A stretch of 64,000 bases of DNA, from positions 928,001-992,000 of the forward strand of contig JBEPZY010000001.1 in NCBI GenBank assembly GCA_041640595.1. The letters run 5' to 3'. The notes under the pieces were generated by a model. That model was not told the DNA's origin and did no database searches. It saw nothing but the letters and a program-made list of their open reading frames with translations. The translations under genes and the position numbers were made by a program. Numbering within the stretch: position 1 is the stretch's first letter; every line of letters begins with the position of its first letter. Source of the DNA: Gemmatales bacterium. Lineage in GTDB: Bacteria > Planctomycetota > Planctomycetia > Gemmatales > HRBIN36. This document shows, in pieces, positions 1-10,417 of this stretch.

Positions 1-1048
1 TTATTTGAGTTCGCCCGACGACATCTACGTCTCGCCGACTCAAATCCGCCACCTGAATTTGCAGACCGGCATGACCATTCACGGCGTAGTACGACCACCG
101 CTGGAGGGCCAAACCAATTTCGCATTACTCCAGGTTGTCTCCGTCAATGGCTTGCCTCCAGAGCGGGCAGCTCAGCGGGTTAATTTCGAGGATTTGCTAC
201 CCATCCATCCGTGCAAGCGGATAATTCTGGAAACCACACCGGACGAGATCAACACGCGCGTCGTGGACCTCATCACGCCAGTGGGACGTGGACAGCGTGG
301 CCTGATCGTTTCCCCGCCTCGTGCCGGCAAAACCGTGTTGCTTCAGAAAATTGCTCAGGCCATCCTGAAAAACTATCCCGAAATGTACGTCATCGTGCTG
401 CTGATAGACGAACGCCCCGAAGAAGTTACCGATATGCGACGAAATGTGGTGGGCGAAAAAGGAGAAGTGGTTGCCTCCACCTTCGATGAGCCAGCCTACC
501 AGCATTTACACGTTGCCGAGATCGTTCTGGAAAAGGCCAAGCGGATCGTCGAGTTCGGCGGCGATGTGATCATCCTGCTGGATTCGTTGACCCGACTGGC
601 ACGGGCGTACAATGCGGAAGCCCCGGCTACCAGCAAGACGTTGACCGGAGGCATCGTCGCTGGAGCACTGGAAAAGCCGAAGCGGTTTTTCGGCACCGCT
701 CGACAGATCGAAAACGGCGGTTCGTTGACTATTCTGGCCACTGCACTTACCGAAACTGGCAGCCGGATGGACGACGTCATTTTCGAAGAGTTTAAAGGCA
801 CGGGCAATATGGAACTGCACCTTGATCGCCGGCTGGTGGACAAACGGGTTTGGCCCGCCATCAACATCAACGCTTCCGGTACCCGCCGCGAAGAGCTATT
901 ACTTGACCCGGAAGAGCTTCGCCGGGTCTGGCTTTTGCGGAAGGTGCTCAGCGATATGGACCCGGTAGAAGCGATGGAGTTGCTCGTCAGCAAACTCCGC
1001 AAAACACGAAGCAATGCCGAGTTCCTGATGACCCTTCAGTTGACCTGA
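1..1048 (+). CDS. rho: Transcription termination factor Rho (5' part lies outside the window)
   Basis: [14 protein letters not shown]-binding motif, Walker [52 protein letters not shown]. The frame is open to the window start. Confidence 0.97.
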   Translation, partial: YLSSPDDIYVSPTQIRHLNLQTGMTIHGVVRPPLEGQTNFALLQVVSVNGLPPERAAQRVNFEDLLPIHPCKRIILETTPDEINTRVVDLITPVGRGQRGLIVSPPRAGKTVLLQKIAQAILKNYPEMYVIVLLIDERPEEVTDMRRNVVGEKGEVVASTFDEPAYQHLHVAEIVLEKAKRIVEFGGDVIILLDSLTRLARAYNAEAPATSKTLTGGIVAGALEKPKRFFGTARQIENGGSLTILATALTETGSRMDDVIFEEFKGTGNMELHLDRRLVDKRVWPAININASGTRREELLLDPEELRRVWLLRKVLSDMDPVEAMELLVSKLRKTRSNAEFLMTLQLT

Positions 1049-1103
1049 TCGGTAAGACCCAGTATTCCAGTACGGGCATAACACACAGCCCAACATCCGC
1101 CTA

Positions 1104-4100
1104 TCACGGCGAATGGGGTTTTTCGGTCTGCACCCGGCGAAGCTCTTCCAATGTCTTGCGGAGTTGCTCGAATTTTTCCCGATCTATGCCGGGCCCGTCG
1201 TTTTGCAGGTCGCGGATTTGCTGCTGAAGTTTCTCCTGCAAAAGGCGGATTTGCTCAAGCTGCTTCAAACGTTCCTGGGGTATTGCAGGCGCTGGCACTG
1301 CACGAATCCGTATCTCGACAGGTTGCGGTTTGGGGACTTCGACATTTTTGTTCTCGGCAGGTGCTGGCTTCGCTTCCGGCAAGTCCTTCGGCTTTGCGAG
1401 TGGCTGGTCGGGAATGACTGGAACCCGCTGTGCTGGCAGCGGTAGTGCTTGGGCTGGCACTGCGGGCGCTGGCTGAACGGGAACGGCCTGATTGGGCACA
1501 GGTTGCGGGATTGCGTTTTTGGGCAGCGGTTGTACAGGCAGTTGCTGAACCGGATTGACTGGCACCGGCTGCAACGGAACTGGCTGCACGGGAACGATAA
1601 TTCGCTGAATCGGAGGCGCTGCCGGAGGCACCGGCTGAGCAGGAACATTTCCCGGCAGTTGTTGTTTTGCAGCGGGAGCAGAACCGTTTGCCGGTGATTG
1701 ACCCGATTTGCCGCGCGGAGTTTCCAGGGGGTCAGCTACGTCGAACACCACGTGGAAATTCGCCGCTACCAGCTCCACCAGCCCCCTGGCTCGATCGAGC
1801 CGAACCTGGTGAATCTGGCTTCGCATGGCTGTCTCGCATTCGTAAACCTGGCCATTGCGTTTGTCTATGCCATGCACCATCGTTCGGTCTATGAACCGCC
1901 GATTTTGATTGTCCAGGGGCACACGTTGCCAGCTGGCACACAGGATCAAAGGCGATTCCTCGAAACGGTCCAGGATAAGCAGCTGGGGCGGCAGTTCGCA
2001 TTGCCAGCGAACTTTTTCCTGACCGCGATCGAATGCGACTACCGGACCCTCGGCAAACACGCTTCGCAAGAGGTTACCATAGGCGAGTATTTGAACGCCG
2101 TTTGCTAAAGCAATATTCACACCGGCTCCCACGTTCTGGCGATTGTTCTTGTTGCACACAAGATAGAAGTTGTAGTCGTCAGCGAGCAGTATTGCCTCGA
2201 CCTGCTCCGGGAACTGTTCGGGTAGTGCAGCCAGCAATACCTGATTGCCGGTCAAAACATCCAGCACCAGCAAATGGGGAGCCAGCACACCGGCGTCGGC
2301 ATCCGAGCCCTGTTTTGGAACGAGCAGGCTCAAAGCTACCGTATTGGGAACAAACGAGGTATAGCGGCGAGTCACGTTCCGCAGCCGTTTTGTCCAGACG
2401 TTTTGACCGGTCAAGGGATCGTAAAGCCGCCAATCTTCTCGCTGATCTTCCCCGGTTTCGCGGAGCAACAGATGTCGGCCAAGCACTCTCTCACAGCGTG
2501 TCCAGGCTGGTAGGAAATCTGGTACGGACAGCACTTCTCCAGTCCGCGTGGACAGCACCATGGGCTTGGCGTTCGGCTTTGCTGAGTGATTGCCTTCGCG
2601 TCCAGGCGGACTATAGGCAATAAACAAAGCCTGACCGTCCCCAAATAACCAGGCTCCATCCACCGCCAGCCGTTTTTCCCAACGGATTTTCCCGGAGGTA
2701 GGCTCAGCAACCACCAGGCCGCGATCGCGGCTGAAATAGGCAACAAAGCCAGGGGTCGCCACGAATTGCCCGTTGATACGCTCCCTCGTACCGTCAGGGT
2801 AATTGAGCACCCAGCTGGCGACGGACTGGTCCCAGAAAATACTCGGCTGCATCCCTTGAGGCCAGGGATAAGTTTCTCCCACCAGACTGACTTTCCACGC
2901 AAACGCCTTCCGCTCCAGGTCAAGGGCGTACAAATAGATACCCCACACGAAGAAGGCATAATGCCCCACCACCCGACACGGAACTTCCGGCGGTGAGTTG
3001 GTTGTGCCAAACTGGAAGTGATAATTTACCGGCGGTTGCTCCAGCGGCAGGGTGCGCAGCACTGCCGCATCATCGTCCCCCGTTGTTCGGCTCAAGATGC
3101 GTAGTTGTTGCGGAAAGACGTTCACGTTAATCGCCAGGCTATACTGACGCGATGGTGGCAGCAGGTCACCTTGCGTGCTCAGCCACACCTGCATTTGCTG
3201 CGGGAAGGTGCCACTCTCCACGCGGGGTTGCCCGATCTGCTGTCGGCTCGGCAGCCAGGTTCGATTTCCTGTATCGAGGTACGGCAGGAAACGTTTATCC
3301 GTCGCCAGTTCGTCGAACAGTTGCCGACCCGATTTCCCACCGGGCAGACGTATTTCCGGATAACGCTCGGCCAGTTTTCGGTAATAGAAAATGGCGTCCT
3401 GCATCTTGCCCAGACGTGCATGCAGCCGGGCCAGCGCTTCCAGTCCGGAGGCGGCGAACTGAGGATTCGAATGGGTGAGCAGAGGCAGGAGAACCATTTC
3501 CGCTTCCACGTTCTCACCGGCAGCCAGGCACTGCTCTGCCAGCAGCAAACGCGCTTCCGCGGCTAAATCGCTCGCCATTCCGAACAAGCTGACAAAACGA
3601 CGCAAGTTTTCACGATTCGGCGACGCACGCACCTGCTCCCATTCCTGCCGAACCAGCGCCGCCAATTCCTGCCGCTGTTCCGGCGATGACGGCCGCTGCA
3701 GCAGTGCACTCAATTTGGCTTCCGCATACAACTCCGGAATCACGCGAACCGAGCCATCCTGCGGAAGCAGGACATATTCCTGGGAGCCAAGTTTGGCAAA
3801 CTCTAAGTACGCCTGAAAAGCCTCACGCAAGCGTCCCTGGTTTTCCCGGCCACGGGCTACCAGATGCCAGTACTGCGCCCGTCGCTGTCGTTCTTCCTGC
3901 TCCCGTGCTACCCGGGCCGATTCTGTTTCACCATCCGGAGCCGGGATCTGCAGTAACTGTTCGTATTCCTGCAGATTTTTCTCGTAGGTATTGAAATCGC
4001 GCTGGAGCTGAATCGAGAGCGCCTCGAAAAGTTTCCGCTGGGCTCGACGGCGGGTCGCATACGAGATGTCAGGTTGCTTCAGGGCGCGGCGAAAATCATC

Positions 4101-6452
4101 GCAGGCCTTGTCGAGTTCGCCCCAGTGAATCCGCAGCGTGCCGAGCTCCGTCAACGCTTCCGGATCGTTCGGATTCTTCTCGAGGGCTTTCGCAATTTCC
4201 GCCTTGCGCACCTCAAGCTGCGGATACACTACCAGGCTGGTTAGCCCTTGAGCCACTACGTAACCGTCGTGGAAAAGCAAGTTGCCAATAGGTTCCTTGT
4301 TCTGCGCTTCGATGATTCCAAGAATGGCGCCGTCTTGCAGGCTGAGGGCTACTACCGCGCCATTGCGGGTGGGCAGAAAATAGGTGGTGGCATTGGCGAT
4401 ACCCCGGCCACCGGGGCCTTCGGTAGTGGGAGGCAAGGTGGTTCGCCACACCTGCTCACCGTCTGTCAGACGAATCGCACGCACGCTATCACGGCTCACG
4501 ACCACAATTCGCCCGTGGTAAATTCCGGCCACGTACAGGTCGTTTTGCTCCCGCGGTAACGGATTCCAGGCCAGGTTGCCATCCTGCAAATTGACGCAGT
4601 AGATCGCGTTGCTATCGGCTGCCGTAAACACAACTTTCCCGTCCGCAATCATTGGTGCGGGATAGAACCAGCGACGGTCAAGCCAGTTGTAGCGCGGATT
4701 GCCCGGCCCGATGACTATCCGACCCGGTCTCGGCACAGCGGCTTCAAAATCGGTACCCTCGTAAGGTCGTGCCCAGACCAACGTGCGGGTCAGGAGGTCC
4801 ACTCCCAGCACTACGCCAGCGTTGGTAGGGCACACAAGAATGCCGTCGCTGTAGGCCAAATGGCAGGCCTCCATTCGCCGCTCCGGGTCCTCCTGGATTT
4901 TTCTTTCGACATAGCACAACGGCTGCATCCACTGCACGGCCCCATTTTGCGGGTCGAGACAGATCAGCCGAATTTCGCCATTGCATTCGGCCAGCACGTA
5001 CAGTTTCCCGCCCAGCGGCAACGGCGGGCCGAGGAAAAACGTCTCCGCCCAGGGAGAGTTCGGAGCGCTTTTACTGCCTTCGAGCATCCAGATGCACCGA
5101 CCACCGCGGAGATCGAATGCCGAAAGATTGTTCCCCAACGACCACGTTCCCATCGGCAATGGCGCCGCACCTGGCGGAAAGACGTTCGGTTGACGTCGCG
5201 AGAACGCAGGCGGTAACGGCGTATCTTCCACAGCATAGACCCGCTCATGGTCGGTGCTGAGCGTGCCCAGAAGCCCGTTGTACACGAAAGCCATCGGCGC
5301 AAAACTACGGTATTGCTGCAACAGGGCCACATAATCGGCAGTACGCCGCGTGCTCAAAACATTGTCGAGGTTGTCCTCATAACTGGAGGCCCATTGAATT
5401 TCTCCGGTACGAATACGAACTGCCTGAATTCCATAGGTGGTACGACAGATGGCCAGTTCGCCGACACTGATGGGCAATCCACCTGGCAACACAGCCATTC
5501 GCCTCGACTGTAAGTTACGCACTGCGGTCTCGATTTCGCTACGGGTAGCTGACTCCTTGTAAGTGGGCAGCTCGTGGACCTTTTCGAGAAACGGTGCCGC
5601 CCCTTCGCTTATTGCCGTATGCAGAGCATCCCCGCCGAAGACAGGCCAATCAAATCGCTCGCGCTGCACCCGGTTGCTGGCGCTGGCTAGTTGCCGCAAC
5701 TGCTGTGGCTCCAAACGGGCCAGGGGTTCCGGCACATCGCGTCGCCAATCCCGACGTTGCAACTCCCGCCAGACCCGCTCGGCCAGGTTCGTTTGCCCGG
5801 CTCGCTCCAGTGCGAAAGCTGCCTTGACCAGTGTCAATGTCGGCAGGCGATCCCATCCGCCTGGACGCCCCAGCAACCGCTCGAAATACAAGGCTGCCAT
5901 CACCGGACTTCCCTGGTCGAGCTGAATCGTACCCAGGACGGCCAGAGCTTCTGCCCCGGCTTCGGTGTGGAGATAACGCATGGCCACTTCGGCAATTTTT
6001 TGCGGATCGCCAGCCTGAAGTGCGGCCCGCAGAGCTGCACGTGCCTGAGCACCGTAATACTGCTCGTAATGCTGCAACCCCTCCTCGCCCATGCTGGCCA
6101 GCAGACGGTTGGCTTCCGAGCGCACGCTGGCCCAGCGCCCGCGGCTATCCTGGAGGAATTTGTCTTCTTTCTCATCGAGCATGCCCTGCAACAAGTCCAC
6201 CGCTTGTCGCCATTGCTGTTCCTTGATCAACCGCTGAGCCTCTTCGAGTTTGCGTTCGGCATTGCGATCGCGGGGTAGCCGCACGCGCTCAGCAATACTG
6301 GTCTCGGGCCCTGGCTGTGTGGGACTTGTAGCGCGAACTTGCGCCAGCGCCACACCTCTCCAGCCTTCACCTACCAGAAGCATCAACAAAACCCAGGACA
6401 AAAACAGTCCGCTGAGCACGGTTGCAATAATGACCAGTCGCCGCCTTACCAT
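1104..6452 (-). CDS. Large secreted/membrane-anchored PQQ-like beta-propeller + TPR protein (planctomycete type), with Pro/Gln-rich and coiled-coil C-terminal tail
   Basis: 1782-aa ORF. N-terminal hydrophobic segment; WPVFGGD followed by repeated xDxxxGxxxW propeller motifs (AFDLRGGRCIW, CLDPQNGAVQW, VNLQDGNLAW); TPR-like segment ALEKNPNDPEALTELG; PVQPVP-rich tail. Confidence 0.8.
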   Translation of the reverse strand: MVRRRLVIIATVLSGLFLSWVLLMLLVGEGWRGVALAQVRATSPTQPGPETSIAERVRLPRDRNAERKLEEAQRLIKEQQWRQAVDLLQGMLDEKEDKFLQDSRGRWASVRSEANRLLASMGEEGLQHYEQYYGAQARAALRAALQAGDPQKIAEVAMRYLHTEAGAEALAVLGTIQLDQGSPVMAALYFERLLGRPGGWDRLPTLTLVKAAFALERAGQTNLAERVWRELQRRDWRRDVPEPLARLEPQQLRQLASASNRVQRERFDWPVFGGDALHTAISEGAAPFLEKVHELPTYKESATRSEIETAVRNLQSRRMAVLPGGLPISVGELAICRTTYGIQAVRIRTGEIQWASSYEDNLDNVLSTRRTADYVALLQQYRSFAPMAFVYNGLLGTLSTDHERVYAVEDTPLPPAFSRRQPNVFPPGAAPLPMGTWSLGNNLSAFDLRGGRCIWMLEGSKSAPNSPWAETFFLGPPLPLGGKLYVLAECNGEIRLICLDPQNGAVQWMQPLCYVERKIQEDPERRMEACHLAYSDGILVCPTNAGVVLGVDLLTRTLVWARPYEGTDFEAAVPRPGRIVIGPGNPRYNWLDRRWFYPAPMIADGKVVFTAADSNAIYCVNLQDGNLAWNPLPREQNDLYVAGIYHGRIVVVSRDSVRAIRLTDGEQVWRTTLPPTTEGPGGRGIANATTYFLPTRNGAVVALSLQDGAILGIIEAQNKEPIGNLLFHDGYVVAQGLTSLVVYPQLEVRKAEIAKALEKNPNDPEALTELGTLRIHWGELDKACDDFRRALKQPDISYATRRRAQRKLFEALSIQLQRDFNTYEKNLQEYEQLLQIPAPDGETESARVAREQEERQRRAQYWHLVARGRENQGRLREAFQAYLEFAKLGSQEYVLLPQDGSVRVIPELYAEAKLSALLQRPSSPEQRQELAALVRQEWEQVRASPNRENLRRFVSLFGMASDLAAEARLLLAEQCLAAGENVEAEMVLLPLLTHSNPQFAASGLEALARLHARLGKMQDAIFYYRKLAERYPEIRLPGGKSGRQLFDELATDKRFLPYLDTGNRTWLPSRQQIGQPRVESGTFPQQMQVWLSTQGDLLPPSRQYSLAINVNVFPQQLRILSRTTGDDDAAVLRTLPLEQPPVNYHFQFGTTNSPPEVPCRVVGHYAFFVWGIYLYALDLERKAFAWKVSLVGETYPWPQGMQPSIFWDQSVASWVLNYPDGTRERINGQFVATPGFVAYFSRDRGLVVAEPTSGKIRWEKRLAVDGAWLFGDGQALFIAYSPPGREGNHSAKPNAKPMVLSTRTGEVLSVPDFLPAWTRCERVLGRHLLLRETGEDQREDWRLYDPLTGQNVWTKRLRNVTRRYTSFVPNTVALSLLVPKQGSDADAGVLAPHLLVLDVLTGNQVLLAALPEQFPEQVEAILLADDYNFYLVCNKNNRQNVGAGVNIALANGVQILAYGNLLRSVFAEGPVVAFDRGQEKVRWQCELPPQLLILDRFEESPLILCASWQRVPLDNQNRRFIDRTMVHGIDKRNGQVYECETAMRSQIHQVRLDRARGLVELVAANFHVVFDVADPLETPRGKSGQSPANGSAPAAKQQLPGNVPAQPVPPAAPPIQRIIVPVQPVPLQPVPVNPVQQLPVQPLPKNAIPQPVPNQAVPVQPAPAVPAQALPLPAQRVPVIPDQPLAKPKDLPEAKPAPAENKNVEVPKPQPVEIRIRAVPAPAIPQERLKQLEQIRLLQEKLQQQIRDLQNDGPGIDREKFEQLRKTLEELRRVQTEKPHSP

Positions 6453-7125
6453 CGCCTGGACTCCTGTCGCAGAATGCCATTTTATTCCACGTTATTCACC
6501 AGCCTTGCCGCTGGCGGGGGAACGTCGCTGCGCGTCTCGTCTGGTTGATGCAATATTATTCCACGGCATTTACCAGCCTTGCTGTTATGCGACACCCGGA
6601 TGGCTATTCGCTTCAATCGTGTCGCCGCCAAAGGGTCTCGGCACAGATCGCATACCAGCCCGCCTGCCCATACACCATTCTGCCGCCCCCTGGCAAAATT
6701 GCAAGGGGCTTCAATTCCGCAAAGCCACTGGACAGGTGTAGTACCCCCAATTAAGACGAACAAGTATTCCGGAAGTAACAACGGTTTCTGCCTCGGCCGG
6801 CGGTGTCCGCCTATATCTTTGCGTTCGAAATGGCAGAACAGCGCCATTAGCCGACCAGCGTTGCGCCCAAGGCTTGAAACAAAATTTTGCCGTGCCCTGC
6901 CTTTCATTCGCCGAAAAAGTTTCCGGGTTACCAAAGACTTGTTCCAAGGCACAACCGTTTTGCCGGTGATGAACTGCGAGCAATTCGAGAGATTCCCCCC
7001 AAGCGGTCTCTCTCTGAAGGTCAGGCTGTAACAATTAACTGGGCGGAGGGGTGCCATGATCCCAGTGCATAGCAATGAATAACATAAGCGCGAACTGACA
7101 CGCTCACCCATCAGCGAGGAGCACT

Positions 7126-8400
7126 ATGCACACGCTCAGCAACACGGGCAAGGAATTGCCGTTCCTGGAAGAGGTGGAATTGCAGGGGCATATCATTGAC
7201 TCGCTGCTGTTGCCGAAGGTGCTTGATGAAATCCTGACGCGGGGCGGGCAATATGTGCTGAAAGAAATCCGCGTCGGTCAGCGCCAGCAGGACCCCAGCT
7301 ATGCCCGAATCGAGATTCGCGCGCCGACGGCGGAGCTGCTCCGGGACATCCTCGAAAGTATCCACGACCACGGGGCCACGCCGGTCGTGCAGCGAGATTG
7401 CCAGTACGTCCCGGCGGACATGGACGGAGCATTTCCGGAAGGTTTCTACAGCACGACCAACTACCGCACACAGGTTCGCCTGGGCGGGCAGTGGGTCGAG
7501 GTCGAAAACATGGAAATGGATTGCGGCATATTGGTGGAACCGGAAGCCCGGCGAGCCCGCACCATCGCCATGGCGCATGTCAAGCGTGGTGACCGTATCG
7601 TGGTCGGCCACGAAGGAATCCGTGTGTTTCCAGTCGGCCAGGAGCGTCGTCAACATTTATTTGAGTTCATGTCCAGCGCGGTGAGCAGCGAGAAACCCAA
7701 GACGGTAACCGTTCGGGAAGTGGCAGCGCAGATGTTACGCACGCGGGCCGCCGGGCAAAATATTCTCGCGGTGCTCGGTCCGGCCGTCGTTCACACCGGC
7801 GGCGTGGAACACATCAGCGAGCTCATTCGCATGGGTTTTCTGAACATCCTGTTCGCCGGCAATGCCCTGGCTGCTCACGACATTGAACAGGCGTTGTTTG
7901 GTACCAGCCTGGGTGTCTATCTGGAACGCGGTTTGCCCGCGGAAGAAGGACACGAGCATCACTTGCGAGCCATCAACACCATTCGCCGACTCGGCGGCAT
8001 CGCCGCAGCGGTGGAAAAAGGTGTGCTCCGCAGCGGCATCATGTATGAATGCGTTCGGCATCGAGTTCCCTTCGTGCTGGCTGGTAGCATCCGCGACGAT
8101 GGCCCGCTGCCGGAAGTTATCACCGATGTCCTCGCCGCTCAGGACGCCATGCGCCATTACATTCACCAGGGGAACGTCGGCATGTGCCTGATGGTGGCGA
8201 CGCTGCTACATTCCATCGCCGTGGGCAACCTGTTGCCGGCCTGGATTCGCGTCGTTTGCGTGGACATCAACCCAGCTGCGGTGACCAAACTCATGGATCG
8301 CGGCAGCATTCAAACGGTCGGCATAGTCACGGACGCCGAACCATTCCTGCGTCTGCTGGTCGCTGAACTGCGCAAACATACTGCCGTCGCAGTAACGTGA
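7126..8400 (+). CDS. TIGR00300 family protein (LOR/SDH-related; homologous to ornithine cyclodeaminase / AgrE-ArgZ C-terminal part)
   Basis: VELQGHIIDS, PEGFYSTTN, FEFMSSAVSSEKP, GPAVVHTGG, GNALAAHDIE, LAGSIRDDGPLP, HSIAVGN, KLMDRGS. GAGGAG SD precedes the ATG. Confidence 0.88.
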   Translation: MHTLSNTGKELPFLEEVELQGHIIDSLLLPKVLDEILTRGGQYVLKEIRVGQRQQDPSYARIEIRAPTAELLRDILESIHDHGATPVVQRDCQYVPADMDGAFPEGFYSTTNYRTQVRLGGQWVEVENMEMDCGILVEPEARRARTIAMAHVKRGDRIVVGHEGIRVFPVGQERRQHLFEFMSSAVSSEKPKTVTVREVAAQMLRTRAAGQNILAVLGPAVVHTGGVEHISELIRMGFLNILFAGNALAAHDIEQALFGTSLGVYLERGLPAEEGHEHHLRAINTIRRLGGIAAAVEKGVLRSGIMYECVRHRVPFVLAGSIRDDGPLPEVITDVLAAQDAMRHYIHQGNVGMCLMVATLLHSIAVGNLLPAWIRVVCVDINPAAVTKLMDRGSIQTVGIVTDAEPFLRLLVAELRKHTAVAVT

Positions 8401-8443
8401 GCGGACAGGTCAGCAAAGAGAACCTATCCAGCAGGAGCCTGTC

Positions 8444-10177
8444 ATGTCCAGTGAAGACGAAGCAGCACACGGCAGCGGTGTGATGCCCTTGAGGCCCGAC
8501 ATGACTTTGCGCCAGATCGCGATGGACTATCCGAAGTGTCGGCAGGTTCTCGAGCGGTACGGGGAGCCATCGAACCGGCCGCTGCCGTTCGGCCATCTGG
8601 AGCCACTTACGTATTTCGCCCGACGCCGTGGTCTGCCGCTGAGGCAACTGCTGGCCGAATTGTCGCAGGCAGCAGGAGTGCCTGTGGATTGGGACGCACC
8701 GCGGGCCGAGCACCTGCATCGCCCATTCGTCACCTCCGCGCTGGTTCTGACACTAACGCTCGGTGCCGGTTGGGGCATGTTCCTGCTTTTTCCCATTGCC
8801 TGGGGCAGCAGCTGGCAGGCGGTATCTCCAGGCATGGTGGTAGCGCACGGGGCGACGCAACTTTGGGGATTCGTTGGCCTGTTTGTCGTCGGCATTGCGT
8901 TGCGATATCTGCCTTCGGTCACCGGCCGTACCCGAGCGGGCTATTTATTGCGCCACGGCTTGCTGCTTATGTTTTGGCTCGGTGTTCTGGGCGGATTTGT
9001 CTGGGCTTTGTTCCCGTCGGTGGCGCCATGGATAGGCGTGGCCAGCGGCCTGGCGCTGACAGCTGCTGCGTGCTGCTACCTGGCATTCGTCGTCCGCCAG
9101 TTGGCCTTGCTGCCGCCTCCACTGTGGGGCTGGCCGGTGCTGGCTTCGGCGATCTGGATGCTGCTGTGGGCGATAGCCGAGCTGGTACTGCGCAGCTATT
9201 TCCGCCACACTGGGCCTGACCACTTTCGGCAAAGTGATCGGCAGCTGCTGATGGAGTTGGCCCTGTTCGGTTTCGCCCTCAACGCGATTTACGGATTCGG
9301 GCAACGATTGTTACCCGGCATGACCGGCACCCGCACACCGAATTGGCGGGCTATTAGGGTGGGCGTCGCAGTTCATAATGCCGGCGTATTAGCCCGCGGT
9401 TTGGCGCATCTGGGATTTGGCAACGTCGCGGCCTGGGTCGGCGCTGGGGGTCTGGCAGCCGGAGGCCTGTTATTTGTCTGGGCCATGCACGGCTACCGCC
9501 GGACGCGACCGACAGAGCCGCGTCCGGAAATCGGCCCTGAATCGCTGCGCTACTACGTGCAATTGGCGTTCGCCTGGCTGGTCATCGCTTTCCTGCTGCT
9601 GCTCGCCGGCGAAACTGTCTGGGGCGTCCGAGGACAGGCGATCCCTTCGGCCTACCAGGGAGCAGTGCGCCATGCCCTGACTGTGGGGTTTCTCACCACC
9701 CTAATTGTGGGCGTGGCCCAACGCCTGCTACCCATCCTCGACCATCGGCTATTGCGCTGGCCCGGACTGGTGTTACCGATCCTGGCGCTGGTGGGTTCGG
9801 GCAACGTCCTGCGCGTTGGCCTGGAATTTGCGACGTTGGCCAGCGACACGGTGTTTATCTGGCTGCCCGTCTCGGGAGTTCTGGAAGTCGGTGGACTCGT
9901 CCTGTTCTCCGTCAACGTTCTGGCCACGATGTGGTCTTCTCCAGAGCGTGAAGTGCGAGCGGGACAGATTACGTTACGCACTTCGGTAGCTGCCCTGCTT
10001 GCTGAGTATCCCGATCTGGAAGATGCACTTTTTGCCTGGGGCGTGAGATACCTAGGGCGTGTTCGCTCCGTGCCGCGGGAACTCACACTGGGCTCGCTTT
10101 GTCGTAGCGAAGGTCTCGATAGCGCGCAGATGCTGCAACGGATTCGCGACTGGCTGAAAAACTGTTCGGCTATGTGA
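8444..10177 (+). CDS. NnrS-like polytopic membrane protein flanked by two DUF1858-like soluble domains
   Basis: About 12 hydrophobic helices with AHGATQLWGF and RHALTVGF...QRLLP motifs. N-terminal PDMTLRQIAMDYP and C-terminal TSVAALLAEYP domains. Confidence 0.65.
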   Translation: MSSEDEAAHGSGVMPLRPDMTLRQIAMDYPKCRQVLERYGEPSNRPLPFGHLEPLTYFARRRGLPLRQLLAELSQAAGVPVDWDAPRAEHLHRPFVTSALVLTLTLGAGWGMFLLFPIAWGSSWQAVSPGMVVAHGATQLWGFVGLFVVGIALRYLPSVTGRTRAGYLLRHGLLLMFWLGVLGGFVWALFPSVAPWIGVASGLALTAAACCYLAFVVRQLALLPPPLWGWPVLASAIWMLLWAIAELVLRSYFRHTGPDHFRQSDRQLLMELALFGFALNAIYGFGQRLLPGMTGTRTPNWRAIRVGVAVHNAGVLARGLAHLGFGNVAAWVGAGGLAAGGLLFVWAMHGYRRTRPTEPRPEIGPESLRYYVQLAFAWLVIAFLLLLAGETVWGVRGQAIPSAYQGAVRHALTVGFLTTLIVGVAQRLLPILDHRLLRWPGLVLPILALVGSGNVLRVGLEFATLASDTVFIWLPVSGVLEVGGLVLFSVNVLATMWSSPEREVRAGQITLRTSVAALLAEYPDLEDALFAWGVRYLGRVRSVPRELTLGSLCRSEGLDSAQMLQRIRDWLKNCSAM

Positions 10178-10222
10178 CCTTGTAAACCCGTTGGTCAAAC
10201 ATTCCATTTCCAGCCGAGCCCG

Positions 10223-10238
10223 TGGCACGGAACTGGCC
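10223..10238 (+). promoter_or_regulatory. Candidate sigma-54 promoter (-24/-12)
   Basis: TGGCACGGAACTGGCC versus consensus TGGCACG-N4-TTGCW; GG and GC are correctly spaced. About 180 nt upstream of the next gene. Confidence 0.45.
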
Positions 10239-10417
10239 TTGTGCTCTGCTCGTGACAGAACTTATAACACCCGGTCTGCAAGCGCAGATGCTGCTGCCCC
10301 TCCGATGCGACAACAACCCCAGCGTCTGCGGGGAGTGGGGTGGAGGCTGGCCGAGCAGGATACCCTTATGCCCGCCGCTCCTACCAACCTACTCTCTCGG
10401 TGACCGGAGAACTCGGC

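Noticed and set aside
1104..1720. Pro/Gln/Val-rich repetitive DNA at the end of the propeller gene
   Set aside because: Explained by a low-complexity protein tail, not an independent DNA repeat.
6482..7111. 209-aa minus-strand ORF and possible riboswitch in the divergent intergenic region
   Set aside because: No recognisable motifs or SD, and no riboswitch consensus could be matched by eye.
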